Assembly: GCA_963796275.1 (NCBI GenBank)
Contig: CAWCKY010000001.1
Location: 672,001-736,000 of the forward strand
Origin: an uncultured Acidobacteriota bacterium
GTDB lineage: Bacteria > Acidobacteriota > Blastocatellia > RBC074
Reading direction: 5' to 3'
DNA length: 64,000 nt
In this document: positions 9,562 through 19,900 of the stretch, piece after piece
How positions within the stretch are numbered: the stretch's first letter is position 1
Layout: each line of letters starts with the position of its first letter
Made by a program: the position numbers and the translations under genes
Notes under the pieces: generated by a model
What the model was told of the DNA's origin: nothing
Seen by the model: the letters and a program-made list of their open reading frames with translations, nothing else
Databases searched by the model: none

Positions 9562-10503
9562 TCACTTGTTCACCAACGCGAGCCATTCGCCCGGCGCTTC
9601 TCTTTCGCCCGAAGTGATAGCGAAAAACACTTTTTGCAGGTCCGCGGTGATCGGACCGCGCTTGCCGCTCCCGACCTTGATACGGTCGATGCTGCGTATT
9701 GGAGTGATTTCGGCAGCTGTCCCCGTAAAGAAGACCTCATCGGCGGTATAGAGCGCCGCGCGCGGAATTACCTGCTCGATGACTTCGTATCCGTTGTTGC
9801 GCGCGATCTGGATTACCGAGTCGCGTGTGATGCCCGAGAGAATCGCGCTGCTCAACGGCGGCGTGTAAATTTTCGCGTCCCGAATGACGAAGAGATTCTC
9901 GCCGCTCCCCTCGCTGACGTTCCCGTTGGTATCGAGCGCAATGCCTTCGACGAAACCATTCGTTATCGCTTCCATCTTGATCAATTGCGAATTCATGTAG
10001 TTCGCCGCAGCCTTCGCCGTCGCGGGGAGAGTGTTGCCGTGCATGCGCGCCCAACTCGAGACGCAGACATCCACGCCTTCCTCGATCGATTCGGTGCCCA
10101 GATATTTACCCCAGACCCAGCTCGCGATGTAAACCTCGATCGGGTTGGGTAGGGGATTGACTCCGAAACTCCCGTATCCGCGAAAGATGATGGGGCGCAG
10201 ATAACATTCCTTGAAATGATTGACACGAACGACCTCTAGGCAGGCATTAATCAACTGGTCGACCGAATAGCCGATCTCCATGCGGTAAACATGGCAGGAA
10301 TCTCGCAGCCTGGTGATGTGTTCGTTAAGGCGGAAGACGGCGGGGCCCTGCTTGGTAGAATAACAACGAATTCCCTCAAAGAGCGCTGATGCATAATGAA
10401 CGACGTGCGACATTATGTGTATATTCGCATCGTCCCAATCAATCATCTTTCCGTTGTGCCATATCTTCTTTGCGGTTTCAGTTGATGCGGTTGGATGGGC
10501 CAT
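9562..10503 (-). CDS. ilvE: Branched-chain amino acid aminotransferase
   Basis: HYASALFEGIR, YLRP, AKAAANY (PLP Lys), EGSGENLF, ILSGITR, TGTAAE. Confidence 0.95.
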   Translation of the reverse strand: MAHPTASTETAKKIWHNGKMIDWDDANIHIMSHVVHYASALFEGIRCYSTKQGPAVFRLNEHITRLRDSCHVYRMEIGYSVDQLINACLEVVRVNHFKECYLRPIIFRGYGSFGVNPLPNPIEVYIASWVWGKYLGTESIEEGVDVCVSSWARMHGNTLPATAKAAANYMNSQLIKMEAITNGFVEGIALDTNGNVSEGSGENLFVIRDAKIYTPPLSSAILSGITRDSVIQIARNNGYEVIEQVIPRAALYTADEVFFTGTAAEITPIRSIDRIKVGSGKRGPITADLQKVFFAITSGEREAPGEWLALVNK

Positions 10504-10727
10504 AGAATGCTTCTACTCCTTCATTATTTTGTTCGGTTGGATAGAGATATCGATGAGAGTTCGAATCAACATTGACCGGGGCATCATATAAGCCGCCGCT
10601 GATTGAGGTCAAGCACCTTACGAAATAGGGCAATTCGACCCGTGTTTTGTTCAGGATGATTTCCTTACTATCTATCCCATTCGAAATCGTTTTGATTTAG
10701 AATATCCCCTCAAATTGTGAATTTTCG

Positions 10728-10770
10728 GATGTTATAGATGTTATAGATGTTATAGATGTTATAGATGTTA
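10728..10770 (+). repeat. 9-bp tandem repeat (GATGTTATA), four full copies plus a 7-bp partial copy
   Basis: Read directly; ends 14 bp before the Trm112 start codon. Confidence 0.9.
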
Positions 10771-10784
10771 AAAGATAAATAGCG

Positions 10785-10961
10785 ATGAGCATCAATCCCG
10801 ATTTTCTCGAAATTCTTCGCTGTCCGGCCTGTAAGGCTAAAGTCGAACTGAAGGCCGATGGCAGCGGCTTGAAATGTGTAAATTGTCATCGGGTCTACCC
10901 GATTCGCGATGAGATACCGGTCATGCTCGTGGATGAGGCGAACATTGAGGAGGAATCTTAA
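10785..10961 (+). CDS. Trm112 family protein (YcaR-like), 58 aa, not in the ORF track
   Basis: MSINPDFLEILRCPACKAKV..LKCVNCHRVYPIRDEIPVMLVDEA, the typical Trm112 pattern. Confidence 0.9.
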   Translation: MSINPDFLEILRCPACKAKVELKADGSGLKCVNCHRVYPIRDEIPVMLVDEANIEEES

Positions 10962-11126
10962 TTGCGGATTGGCAGAATCTTGCGACAGCAAATATATCTA
11001 GCAAATATATCTAAAAGATCATATATGACATATGAAAGCAGGAGATTTTTTATGCTGGAAACTGTCGTGAGTTTTCTGGTTAAGGGATTCTGCCAACAGC
11101 GATCGACGATTATATCCGCAATCTGA

Positions 11127-12203
11127 ATGTCCACGCCTATCTTCCAACGACTCCCCCCCGATTCGCGCGTGTTATTCATCCGCATCCGTAATCTCGGCGA
11201 AGCGGTCCTGGATACGGCCAACCTGCATGCGCTCAAGGGCTGGCGCCCGGATTTGAAAATTTCAACACTGGTAGAAGAGATATATACCGACCTCTACGCA
11301 GCCGATCCGTACGTCAAAGCCGTTCCACTGCCGCGCGGCGATCGCGACAAACGCAGTACAGTCGTCGCTCGTCTGAACATGATCAGGGAGATTCGCCGCG
11401 AGAAATTCACCGCAGTGATCAACTTGCACGGCGGTCCGACCAGCGCGCAGCTGACTTTTTCAAGCGGCGCGTCTCATCGCATTGGGGCGTCACATTTTCG
11501 CAACGGTTACGCATACAATCTTCGCATCCCTTCGGCAGATGGTATCCTCGGGAGAAAAGATCTGCACACAGTCGAGTACCAATTCGGACAATTTAAATGG
11601 CTTGGGTTGCCGAATAACGAACCGGGTCCGACGCAGCTCTTCGTCGATCCGCGAAAAAGGGAAACGGCGTTGGTGAAGTTGGCGGAGGCGGGCTTGGATC
11701 TGGCGAAACCCTATGCGGCGCTCGCACCGACGAGCGAATTTTATACCAAAAGATGGATGCCGCAGAGTTATGCCGCTGTCGCCGAACAGTTGATAGACCG
11801 TGGCCTTCAGGTCGTAATGACAGGCGCGCCTGGCGATGAGCAAAAAATGCAATTGCAGGCTGTCCAGGCCTCGACCAACCAGCATCTTCCCGCACTGACA
11901 TCCTTGAGCATCGGAGAGTTGGTCGCTGTGGTGGCGGATAGCAGGCTTTTTGTGGGAAACGATAGCGGCCCGGCTCATATTGCAGCCGCCGTCAAAACCC
12001 CGCTCGTCGTTCTCTTCGGACCGGCCAGCTCTGAGCGATGGCGACCCTGGGGGCCCCAATCGGAACTCGTGCAGAACTATTTCCCGTGCAACCCGTGTTC
12101 AATGTACACTTGCGAGGTTTTCGGTGAGCCCCAATGCATACGCTCTATCAGCGTAGATCAGGTAATGAAAGCGATCCATAAACAATTGCAGAAAGCGGAG
12201 TAG
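11127..12203 (+). CDS. Glycosyltransferase family 9 (heptosyltransferase-like)
   Basis: RIRNLGE, KRW, FVGNDSGPAHIAAAV..VVLFGP, C.PC..C. Confidence 0.9.
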   Translation: MSTPIFQRLPPDSRVLFIRIRNLGEAVLDTANLHALKGWRPDLKISTLVEEIYTDLYAADPYVKAVPLPRGDRDKRSTVVARLNMIREIRREKFTAVINLHGGPTSAQLTFSSGASHRIGASHFRNGYAYNLRIPSADGILGRKDLHTVEYQFGQFKWLGLPNNEPGPTQLFVDPRKRETALVKLAEAGLDLAKPYAALAPTSEFYTKRWMPQSYAAVAEQLIDRGLQVVMTGAPGDEQKMQLQAVQASTNQHLPALTSLSIGELVAVVADSRLFVGNDSGPAHIAAAVKTPLVVLFGPASSERWRPWGPQSELVQNYFPCNPCSMYTCEVFGEPQCIRSISVDQVMKAIHKQLQKAE

Positions 12204-12241
12204 CAGGGAAGCTCTTCTCATATCTGATCCGTTATTCCTAT

Positions 12242-13228
12242 ATGAATCTCCAACGCGCTCAAAAAATAGTCAACACATTCTCCGACTGCCGCATCGTGGT
12301 TCTCGGAGACCTGATGCTCGATGAATTTATCTGGGGCGAAGTGCGTCGTATCTCACCTGAAGCTCCCGTCCCCGTTGTCGATGTCAAACGTGAGACCTGG
12401 AATCTCGGCGGTGCCGCAAATGTTGTGGCCAATCTGCTGGAGCTCGGAGCGCGGGCCGTTCCCATAGGGATAGTAGGCGACGATGAGGCTGCCGGAGTGC
12501 TGCGCAATTGTCTGACCCGAGGTGGAGCGGAGGTTTCGGGTATCGTCACCGATTCATCGCGTCCGACTACGCGCAAAACGAGGATAGTCGCGCATAGCCA
12601 GCAGATGGTCAGAGCAGATCGTGAGAATCGCGCGCCCATCTCATCAGATACCGAAGAACGCCTCATACCCGTATTTCTCGAGGCGCTGAAAAATTCCGAT
12701 GCCATTATCATTTCCGACTATGACAAGGGCTTGCTCACGCCGCGGCTCTTGAATGCCACCATAGTCGCTACGCAGGCGCAAAATAAAATCGTCTGCCTTG
12801 ATCCCAAGATCAGAAACTTTCTCCATTACCGCAAAGTCGATTGCATCACTCCCAATCAACTAGAAGCCGAACGAGTGACAAATATTGAAATTATCGACCA
12901 GGATTCCCTTCGCACCGCCGCGAGTCGCATACGAGATATGCTCGATTGTAAAAATGTCCTGATCACACGGGGCGAATCGGGCATGAGCCTACTGAATGTG
13001 AATGATAAGCTGACACATATCCCCACCGTCGCACGCCAGGTCTATGACGTTACCGGCGCCGGAGATACCGTCATCGCCGTTCTCACTCTCGCCCTTGTCT
13101 CGGGCGCCGAACTCGAAGAGGCCGCCATCATCGCCAATCACGCCGCCGGTGTGGTCGTCAGCAAGATCGGGACCGCTACATTATCACCCGCTGAGTTGTC
13201 AATAGCATTGCAGAATATCGAGCATTAA
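12242..13228 (+). CDS. rfaE1: D-glycero-beta-D-manno-heptose-7-phosphate kinase
   Basis: GDLMLDEF, RISPEAPVPV, GGAANVVAN, SDYDKG, DPK, TPN, VYDVTGAGDT. Confidence 0.92.
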   Translation: MNLQRAQKIVNTFSDCRIVVLGDLMLDEFIWGEVRRISPEAPVPVVDVKRETWNLGGAANVVANLLELGARAVPIGIVGDDEAAGVLRNCLTRGGAEVSGIVTDSSRPTTRKTRIVAHSQQMVRADRENRAPISSDTEERLIPVFLEALKNSDAIIISDYDKGLLTPRLLNATIVATQAQNKIVCLDPKIRNFLHYRKVDCITPNQLEAERVTNIEIIDQDSLRTAASRIRDMLDCKNVLITRGESGMSLLNVNDKLTHIPTVARQVYDVTGAGDTVIAVLTLALVSGAELEEAAIIANHAAGVVVSKIGTATLSPAELSIALQNIEH

Positions 13229-13722
13229 AATGCTTTCTAACTTGCTGCCTACGCTGACTTTATTACCTCTAGTGTTTTTCTAATTTGTCCCATAAATGCG
13301 AATTTGACCGCAACAATTTGATTCATGTTAGGTAATAAGTTTCCGTCTTATTTCCGTCCGTTAGCTCATTGAGCTACTACTTGTCAAGCATCTAATCAAA
13401 ATAATTTTACTTCTAAATACGTATTTTACGGGAGGTTAAGTAACTACTCGAAATAGTGTGGCTAAAATATAGGATATGAATGATATAATTCTTTTGTAAG
13501 TGCCTCCAACTTATTTATGCATGTGCCTCCAACGAAATTCGTGAGTTTCTATCACGTAAGTGGTTTTGCTATCCGCTGCCACTGAAGAAATAAAAAAATG
13601 AATGAATCAATGACTAATATGACAGCCCTGCATAAATATTTATTGCATTTCAAGTTACCGGTGTGAGATCCGCAACGGAACTTTAGCTAATGGGAGAATA
13701 ACGGATCTAACTGAAAATTCTT

Positions 13723-14403
13723 ATGAGTAAAGGTTTGAACCCCGTTGTTTGGACATCCTCTATATTACTTTTACTTCAAGTTGGAGTTCACGGACAGGAC
13801 CAAAAACTATCTAACATAGATCAACCTGCAGCCATAGCTACATCAACTACAACCGTCAATCCATCGAATCCGCTGGTGGCTGCCGTTTCTGAAAACAAAG
13901 GGAACGTCAGGTCGGAAGTGAACAATGTGATAGCTTCCTTCCGGGGATTCAGGGTGATTTTTCCAGCTTCGATAACCAAGACGCGACCGAGAACTGTTAT
14001 AGCAGTGCCAATGGTAGCTTTGAAGAATCCATCGGTCAATTTCAGGACAGACGCAGACGAAGCGCGGATGGGCGAAAGCAGATTTCCCAATCCGAATATT
14101 GAGATCATCGGTGATCCTTCGGTATTCAATGCGACGGCTTACTCACTTTATGGGCCGACTCGCTCAGGCGAATACGTACGCCGTGGAGTAATCGCGGCAG
14201 ATCCGCGGGTAATACCACTAGGTTCGGTAGTACAGATCAGCGCAGGAAAATACTCGGGGGTATACACGGTTCTGGATACGGGAAAGGTTATCAAGGGCAA
14301 GATCGTCGACTTATGGATGCCTACATATCGCGAAGCCGTAAATTTTGGCCGCCAACAAGTCAAGGTGCGCATACTGCGTCGCGGTTATAGAAAGACCAAA
14401 TAG
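13723..14403 (+). CDS. Secreted 3D-domain protein (peptidoglycan-related)
   Basis: Signal peptide; C-terminal ATAYS..TRSG..IAADPRVIPLGS..DTGKVIKGKIVDLW. Confidence 0.85.
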   Translation: MSKGLNPVVWTSSILLLLQVGVHGQDQKLSNIDQPAAIATSTTTVNPSNPLVAAVSENKGNVRSEVNNVIASFRGFRVIFPASITKTRPRTVIAVPMVALKNPSVNFRTDADEARMGESRFPNPNIEIIGDPSVFNATAYSLYGPTRSGEYVRRGVIAADPRVIPLGSVVQISAGKYSGVYTVLDTGKVIKGKIVDLWMPTYREAVNFGRQQVKVRILRRGYRKTK

Positions 14404-14435
14404 TATCCGTCAAAACAAGTAGGACAATAAACAAA

Positions 14436-14465
14436 GAAAAGGGGGGCATTTAGCTCCCTTTTTTC
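14436..14465. terminator. Intrinsic (likely bidirectional) terminator
   Basis: GAAAAGGGGGGC-loop-GCTCCCTTTTTTC between convergent genes. Confidence 0.75.
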
Positions 14466-14716
14466 TATTGTGTCTCAATTTATTTATTGCCCGTCCGATT
14501 CAACGCTCCTCTCTGTGTTATTCATCGATGGAATTTTTTAGAGAGGACTTCAGTCAAGTCACTATGTTTCAGTCGGGGGTGTCAGTACAAGTTAGCGAAC
14601 TTGAAGCGGTGTTTTGAGCGAAGTTACATTTGACCCGACCGTCCACGTAACTGTTCGTCGAAAATCGATTCGGATTTGTAATGTCTATTTCTGCCGAGGC
14701 TATCGATCGGCGCTCG

Positions 14717-16615
14717 TCATTTTCTCTGATGAGCTACACCGACTTTCAAATGAGAATAAAGAGAGTTCGAACGATAGATACGGTGTGTAGCTTTCTGAAA
14801 ATCTCCATCGACAGCTTTATAGATATCGACAAACTTTTGCGGGTTGCGGTCGACCAGCGGAAACCAACTGCTTTGCACCTGCACCATCATTTTATGTCCT
14901 TTGCGAAACGAGTGATGAACGTCCTGCAGGACGAATGAGACTCTGGTGGGACGATTTGGGACTAGCGGTTCCGGTTTTTCATAGCTATCCCTGAATTTGG
15001 CTCGCATGACGTCACCCCGGACGAGCATTTGAAAACCGCCCATCTGCACGTTCCCGGGGTTCGGGACGGGATTCGGCGCATTATTTGGGAGAACATCGAT
15101 CAATTTGACCACGAAATCCGCGTCAGTTCCGGTGGTGGAAATATACAAATCGGCCGTAATTGGCCCGGCAATTTCTAAGTCTTCGGAAAGCGCCTCAGTC
15201 TCATAGGTCAGAACATCTGTCCGTGTTGCGGCGAAGCGCTGGTCCTCGACCATGTACCCCTCCATGCCCCGGCCATTGCTTATGTTCGGGATGTACGGCA
15301 CGGGCTTATTCGGATCGCTGACGTATTCATCATATTCCTCGCCTTTGCCCTTCGGCGGATCGAACGACAGCGCACCATTGGCATGGAAGTAGAGAGCTTT
15401 TTGCTCTACGCCCTTAGGCGGCCATTGGCTGTATGACCTCCATGCGTTGGCGCCGGTGAGGAAGGTTGACGCTTCGGGCAGGCTCATCGAGCCTTTATCT
15501 TTCAGGTAATAATCGAAGAAGACCTTCTCGATGTTCTCCTGATAATACTCCGAGGTATTCGAGCCGAATTGAATGCTTCCTAATGAGGAAAAATCTCTGC
15601 TCGCCCAGCAACCGTGACACCACGGCCCCATAACCAGAAAATTGGAGATCCCCGGATTCTGCTTTTCGATGGCTTGGTATGTATTCAGTGTCCCATACAG
15701 ATCCTCAGCATCGAACCAGCCGGCGACGACCATGACCGCGGGCTTGATCTTCTTGAGATGGGGCATTACGCGGCGAGACTTCCAGAAGTCGTCGTAGACA
15801 CCGTGCCTCATCAGGTCGTTCCAGAAGGCGATCTCGTTTTTAAAATATTTGCGGTTCGCGTTCGCAAGCGGTCCCATTTCGAGAAAGAAGCGATAGCCAT
15901 CGGGCGTGCCGTGGTCGAAGCGAGGCGGCCCGACGCTCGTCGGTTTGGGGCGCGGCTGCCCGATGTACGAGTAGAAGTTGAAGGCGTCGATCAGAAAGAA
16001 CGCTCCGTGATGATGCCAGTCGTCGCCGATGAACCAATCGCCGACCGGAGCTTGTGGCGAGGCAGCTTTGAGCGCCGGATGCGCATCGATGATACCCATG
16101 GAAGTGTAGAAGCCGGGATATGATATGCCCCACTGGCCGACGCGTCCGTTGTGGTTGGTGACGTTTTTGAGAAGCCACTCGATAGTGTCGTAAGTGTCGC
16201 TGCTCTCGTCAATCTCCGCGCCTTTTTTGTTCGGATTATAAGGGCGGGCATCGATGAACTCTCCCTCGGACATCCACCTTCCGCGCACATCCTGGTAGAC
16301 GATGATGTAACCCTCCTTCGCCATATGAATCGAGGGCCCGATCCCAGGCCTGAAGACATCGCTGCCGTATGGCCCGGCGCTGTACGGGGTGCGGTTGAGC
16401 AGGATCGGATACTTCTGAGATGAATCCTTCGGGGCATAGATGGCGGTGAAGAGCTTAATCCCGTCGCGCATCGCGATCATCTGCTCCGACTTGGAGTAGT
16501 GAGTTTTGACGTCAAATGCAGGCTGTTGCGCGCGGGAGGCCGGAAGCGATCTATCTGTGGCGATTGATAGCACCACAATTGACAAGCACAAAACGAAAAC
16601 CCAGGGTTGTTTCAT
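14717..16615 (-). CDS. CocE/NonD family hydrolase (alpha-amino-acid ester hydrolase-like), secreted
   Basis: MRDGIKL, RTPY, QDVRGR..SEG, GISYPG nucleophile, GWFDAED, GPWCHG; signal peptide. Confidence 0.92.
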   Translation of the reverse strand: MKQPWVFVLCLSIVVLSIATDRSLPASRAQQPAFDVKTHYSKSEQMIAMRDGIKLFTAIYAPKDSSQKYPILLNRTPYSAGPYGSDVFRPGIGPSIHMAKEGYIIVYQDVRGRWMSEGEFIDARPYNPNKKGAEIDESSDTYDTIEWLLKNVTNHNGRVGQWGISYPGFYTSMGIIDAHPALKAASPQAPVGDWFIGDDWHHHGAFFLIDAFNFYSYIGQPRPKPTSVGPPRFDHGTPDGYRFFLEMGPLANANRKYFKNEIAFWNDLMRHGVYDDFWKSRRVMPHLKKIKPAVMVVAGWFDAEDLYGTLNTYQAIEKQNPGISNFLVMGPWCHGCWASRDFSSLGSIQFGSNTSEYYQENIEKVFFDYYLKDKGSMSLPEASTFLTGANAWRSYSQWPPKGVEQKALYFHANGALSFDPPKGKGEEYDEYVSDPNKPVPYIPNISNGRGMEGYMVEDQRFAATRTDVLTYETEALSEDLEIAGPITADLYISTTGTDADFVVKLIDVLPNNAPNPVPNPGNVQMGGFQMLVRGDVMRAKFRDSYEKPEPLVPNRPTRVSFVLQDVHHSFRKGHKMMVQVQSSWFPLVDRNPQKFVDIYKAVDGDFQKATHRIYRSNSLYSHLKVGVAHQRK

Positions 16616-16794
16616 AAATGTCCTTCAGATTTCGATTATCGTGAATACCCGCAATGAGATTGGCGATTGAGGCTACTTTCTAACGTCAGCGCTCACCTCA
16701 AGTCAAGAGAATGATTTGTACCGCTACCCAATGGAGCAGCCGTACCTTTGTTTTTCCATATTGTTGTATTTTATCACTTTTTATACCGGTAATT

Positions 16795-16838
16795 TTGCAA
16801 TTAGTAGTCATCAATGTTACCATCAAGTGGTCAAACCA
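16795..16838 (+). promoter_or_regulatory. Sigma70 promoter (extended -10) with FadR-type operator
   Basis: TTGCAA(16795)-17-TACCAT(16818) preceded by TG; TGGTcaaACCA at 16828-16838. Confidence 0.65.
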
Positions 16839-16965
16839 ATCACGTCCTTACAGACCTCCAGACAATGTGGCTGGAATCAAAGCTGAGCTGGGAAACTTTA
16901 ATAAGTGCTGAATAAGTGCTGAAGATCTGATTCTCTAGACATTAAACCAAAAAGGAGAACCTCCC

Positions 16966-19900
16966 ATGTTTTCAGTCAAAAGCATATTGATATGCCTAGT
17001 AACCGTGTATGTGATGAGCTCGTTCGTAGTTGCGCAAGAGTTTCGCGGCTCAATTTCAGGTCGCGTGACCGAGGCTTCGGGGGCGGCGGTGCAGGGCGCG
17101 ACAGTGACGATCACAAATACCGCGACCAATACATCCACGACTGCCACGACGAATGGGAGTGGCGATTATGTAGGGCTTTTTCTGAATCCTGGGCCTTATG
17201 CGGTTGCGGTAGAGGCCCAGGGGTTCAAGAAGGCAGTTCGCCAAGGAATAGAAGTGCGAGTAGGCGACAAACTTGGAATCGATTTGACGCTTGAAGTTGG
17301 CGATGTCGCCGATACGGTGAATATTAGTTCCGACGCGCCGCTTCTCGAGACCAATACTGCTTCGGCGGGCCAGGTGATTGACAGACGCCGCATCTCCGAG
17401 CTTCCTCTTTCGGACGGGAACCCGTTCGTGCTCACGCGACTTGCCCCTGGTATCGGTTATACCGGGGATCTGCTCTTCTCGCGACCTTTTGATAATGGGG
17501 GAACTTCATCGATTGTTGCTGATGGTTCCAGGGGCGGTAACGAGTTCACGCTTGACGGTTCGCCTAATCAGGCGAGCGGCCGCCGCGTCGCGTTCGTGCC
17601 CCCGGCCGATGCAGTACAGGAATTCAAAGTCGAAACAGCGAGCTTCGATGCCCAGCAATCGCATACTGCAGGTGCCACGGTCAACGTTACGCTGCGCAGC
17701 GGTTCCAATGAATTTCATGGAACAGCTTACGAATTCGTACGCAATGATATCTTGTCAGCCAATAACTTTTTTTCGAACCTCAATGGCGATGCGCGCAATG
17801 TTACACGTTATAACCGTTTCGGCGGAACAATTGGCGGACCTGTGTTGTTGCCCAAGAAAATCTTGGGACCGCTCGGATACGATGGGCGGAATCGAAGTTT
17901 CTTCTTCTTCGCCTATGAAGGGTTGAAAGACGTCTTCCAGGAGCCGGATTTTTTCAATGTACCGACTCTGGCAATGCGCCAGGGCAATTTCTCCGCACTA
18001 GGCCTCGTGATCTATGATCCTGCGACGGCGCGGGTCAATGGCAGCCGCATAGAACGATCGCCTTTCCCCGGTAATAAGATTTCGGAAGAGCGCATCAGCC
18101 AGATTGCCAAAAACTATCTGCAGTATTATCCGCTGCCAAACGTAGATGTGAGCGATCCGTTTGGGCAGGACAATTACTTCAGCACCAATCCGCGCAGGGA
18201 CAATTTCCATTCCGAGAGTGTGCGGTTCGATCAGACGATCAGTGATGTTCAAAAGTTTTTCGTCCGCTACTCGCATAACTATCGCCGCGAGGAACGCGGC
18301 AACTGGACGGGTGAGATCAACGGCGTACGTCCCATCGGCAACTACCTCTTCCGCATCAATAATAGCGCTACTTTCGATCACGTATACAGCCTCTCGCCGA
18401 CGACGATCTTGAATACAAGAACTGGCTTCTCCCGTTTTATCGAAAAGAACGAGCGCCAGCATCAAGGAGAATTCGACCCGGCATCGCTCGGCTTCTCGGA
18501 TCAAACGGTAGCATTCTTCAATGATGCCTCTTATTTCCCGCGCTTCGAGATCGGCGGAATAACCAATCTGGGTGATACCTTCGGCGATTCGACGAGCTTC
18601 GACATTTACTCAGTGCAGCCGACTATGACGAAGATCGCCGGGTCGCATTCGCTCAAACTGGGATATGATTTCCGCTCATACCGCGAAAATAATATTCCCG
18701 CGGCCCACGCTGCCGGGCGATACATCTTCGACAATACTTTCACGCGTCAGCGCGACAATTCGACTGGCAACGTCGCCGGAGGCCAGCAGTTCGCTTCCTT
18801 TCTGTTGGGTCTGCCAACAGGCGGCGCCATCGACCGCAACACTGCTCGCTCGAATCAAACGCTCTACCAGGGAGTCTTCGTGCACGACGATTGGAAGGTG
18901 ACGCGAAAGATAACGCTCAACCTGGGAGTGCGTTACGAGTTGGAGGGCGCGACAACCGAGAGGTTCAACCGAAATATGCTTCGCTTCGACCCGACTGTTA
19001 CCAGCCCAATCGAGGCGGCAGCCAAAGCTGCTTATGCCGCGAAACCGATTCCCGAGCTGTCGGCCAGCAGTTTCAATGTTAAAGGGGGCATTCTCTTCGC
19101 CAATGACGAGAATCACGGTTTCTGGGACGCAGACATGAACAATGTGCAGCCCCGCATCGGCATCGCACTTCAGCTCAATGACAAGACCGTGTTGCGCGCT
19201 GGTTGGGGCGTCTTCACCGTACCGGCCATCATTTTCGGCATCAATCAGACCGGATTCTCACAGGGGACAAGTATCTTGCCTTCCACGGACCGCGGCATAA
19301 CCTTCCAGGCCAACATCTTTAATCCGTTTCCGTTCGGTGTCGACTCGCCGCCGGGCGCAAGTCAGGGTCTGCAGACCTTCCTGGGGCGTACTGTTGATGA
19401 TTTTGTGCCACGTGATCTCAACAACTCGCAGGCGCAAAGATGGGAGTTCGGCCTCCAACGCGAGTTGAGGGGAAACTGGTTGATCGAAGTCTCCTACGTC
19501 GGCAATAAGGGATATGATCTGACAACGGGATTTTCCAACATCGTCAACCCAATACCGCGCCAGTATCTCTCTACCAGCCGCGTGCGCGATGATGCCACGA
19601 TTGTTTTTCTGAATGAGGATGTGGATAACCCATTCAGTGGGCTGGCGCCTGGCACTAACCTCGACAATCCGACGGCGGATCGCAGCCAACTATTACGCCC
19701 TTTCCCCCAATTTACCGGGCTCGAATCGATCCGCAATGACGGGGAAAGTATTTATCATTCAGGCCAGGTCCGCGCTGAGAAGCGTTTTTCGAAAGGCTAT
19801 TCGCTGCTGGCAGCCTACACCTGGTCGAAATATATCGAAGCGGCATCGCTCCTGAATGCAACCGACTTCGACCTCGAACGGCGCATCTCACCAGACGACA

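Noticed and set aside
10710-10991. Minus-strand ORF containing NIYNIYNIY
   Set aside because: Antisense to Trm112; the repeat peptide is just the 9-bp VNTR.
13560-13722. Possible c-di-AMP or c-di-GMP riboswitch before the 3D gene
   Set aside because: Conserved core motifs not recognisable by eye; an Rfam scan would be needed.
14575-14600. GGGGGTGTCAGTACAAGTT resembling an IS end
   Set aside because: No partner inverted repeat, transposase fragment or target duplication found.
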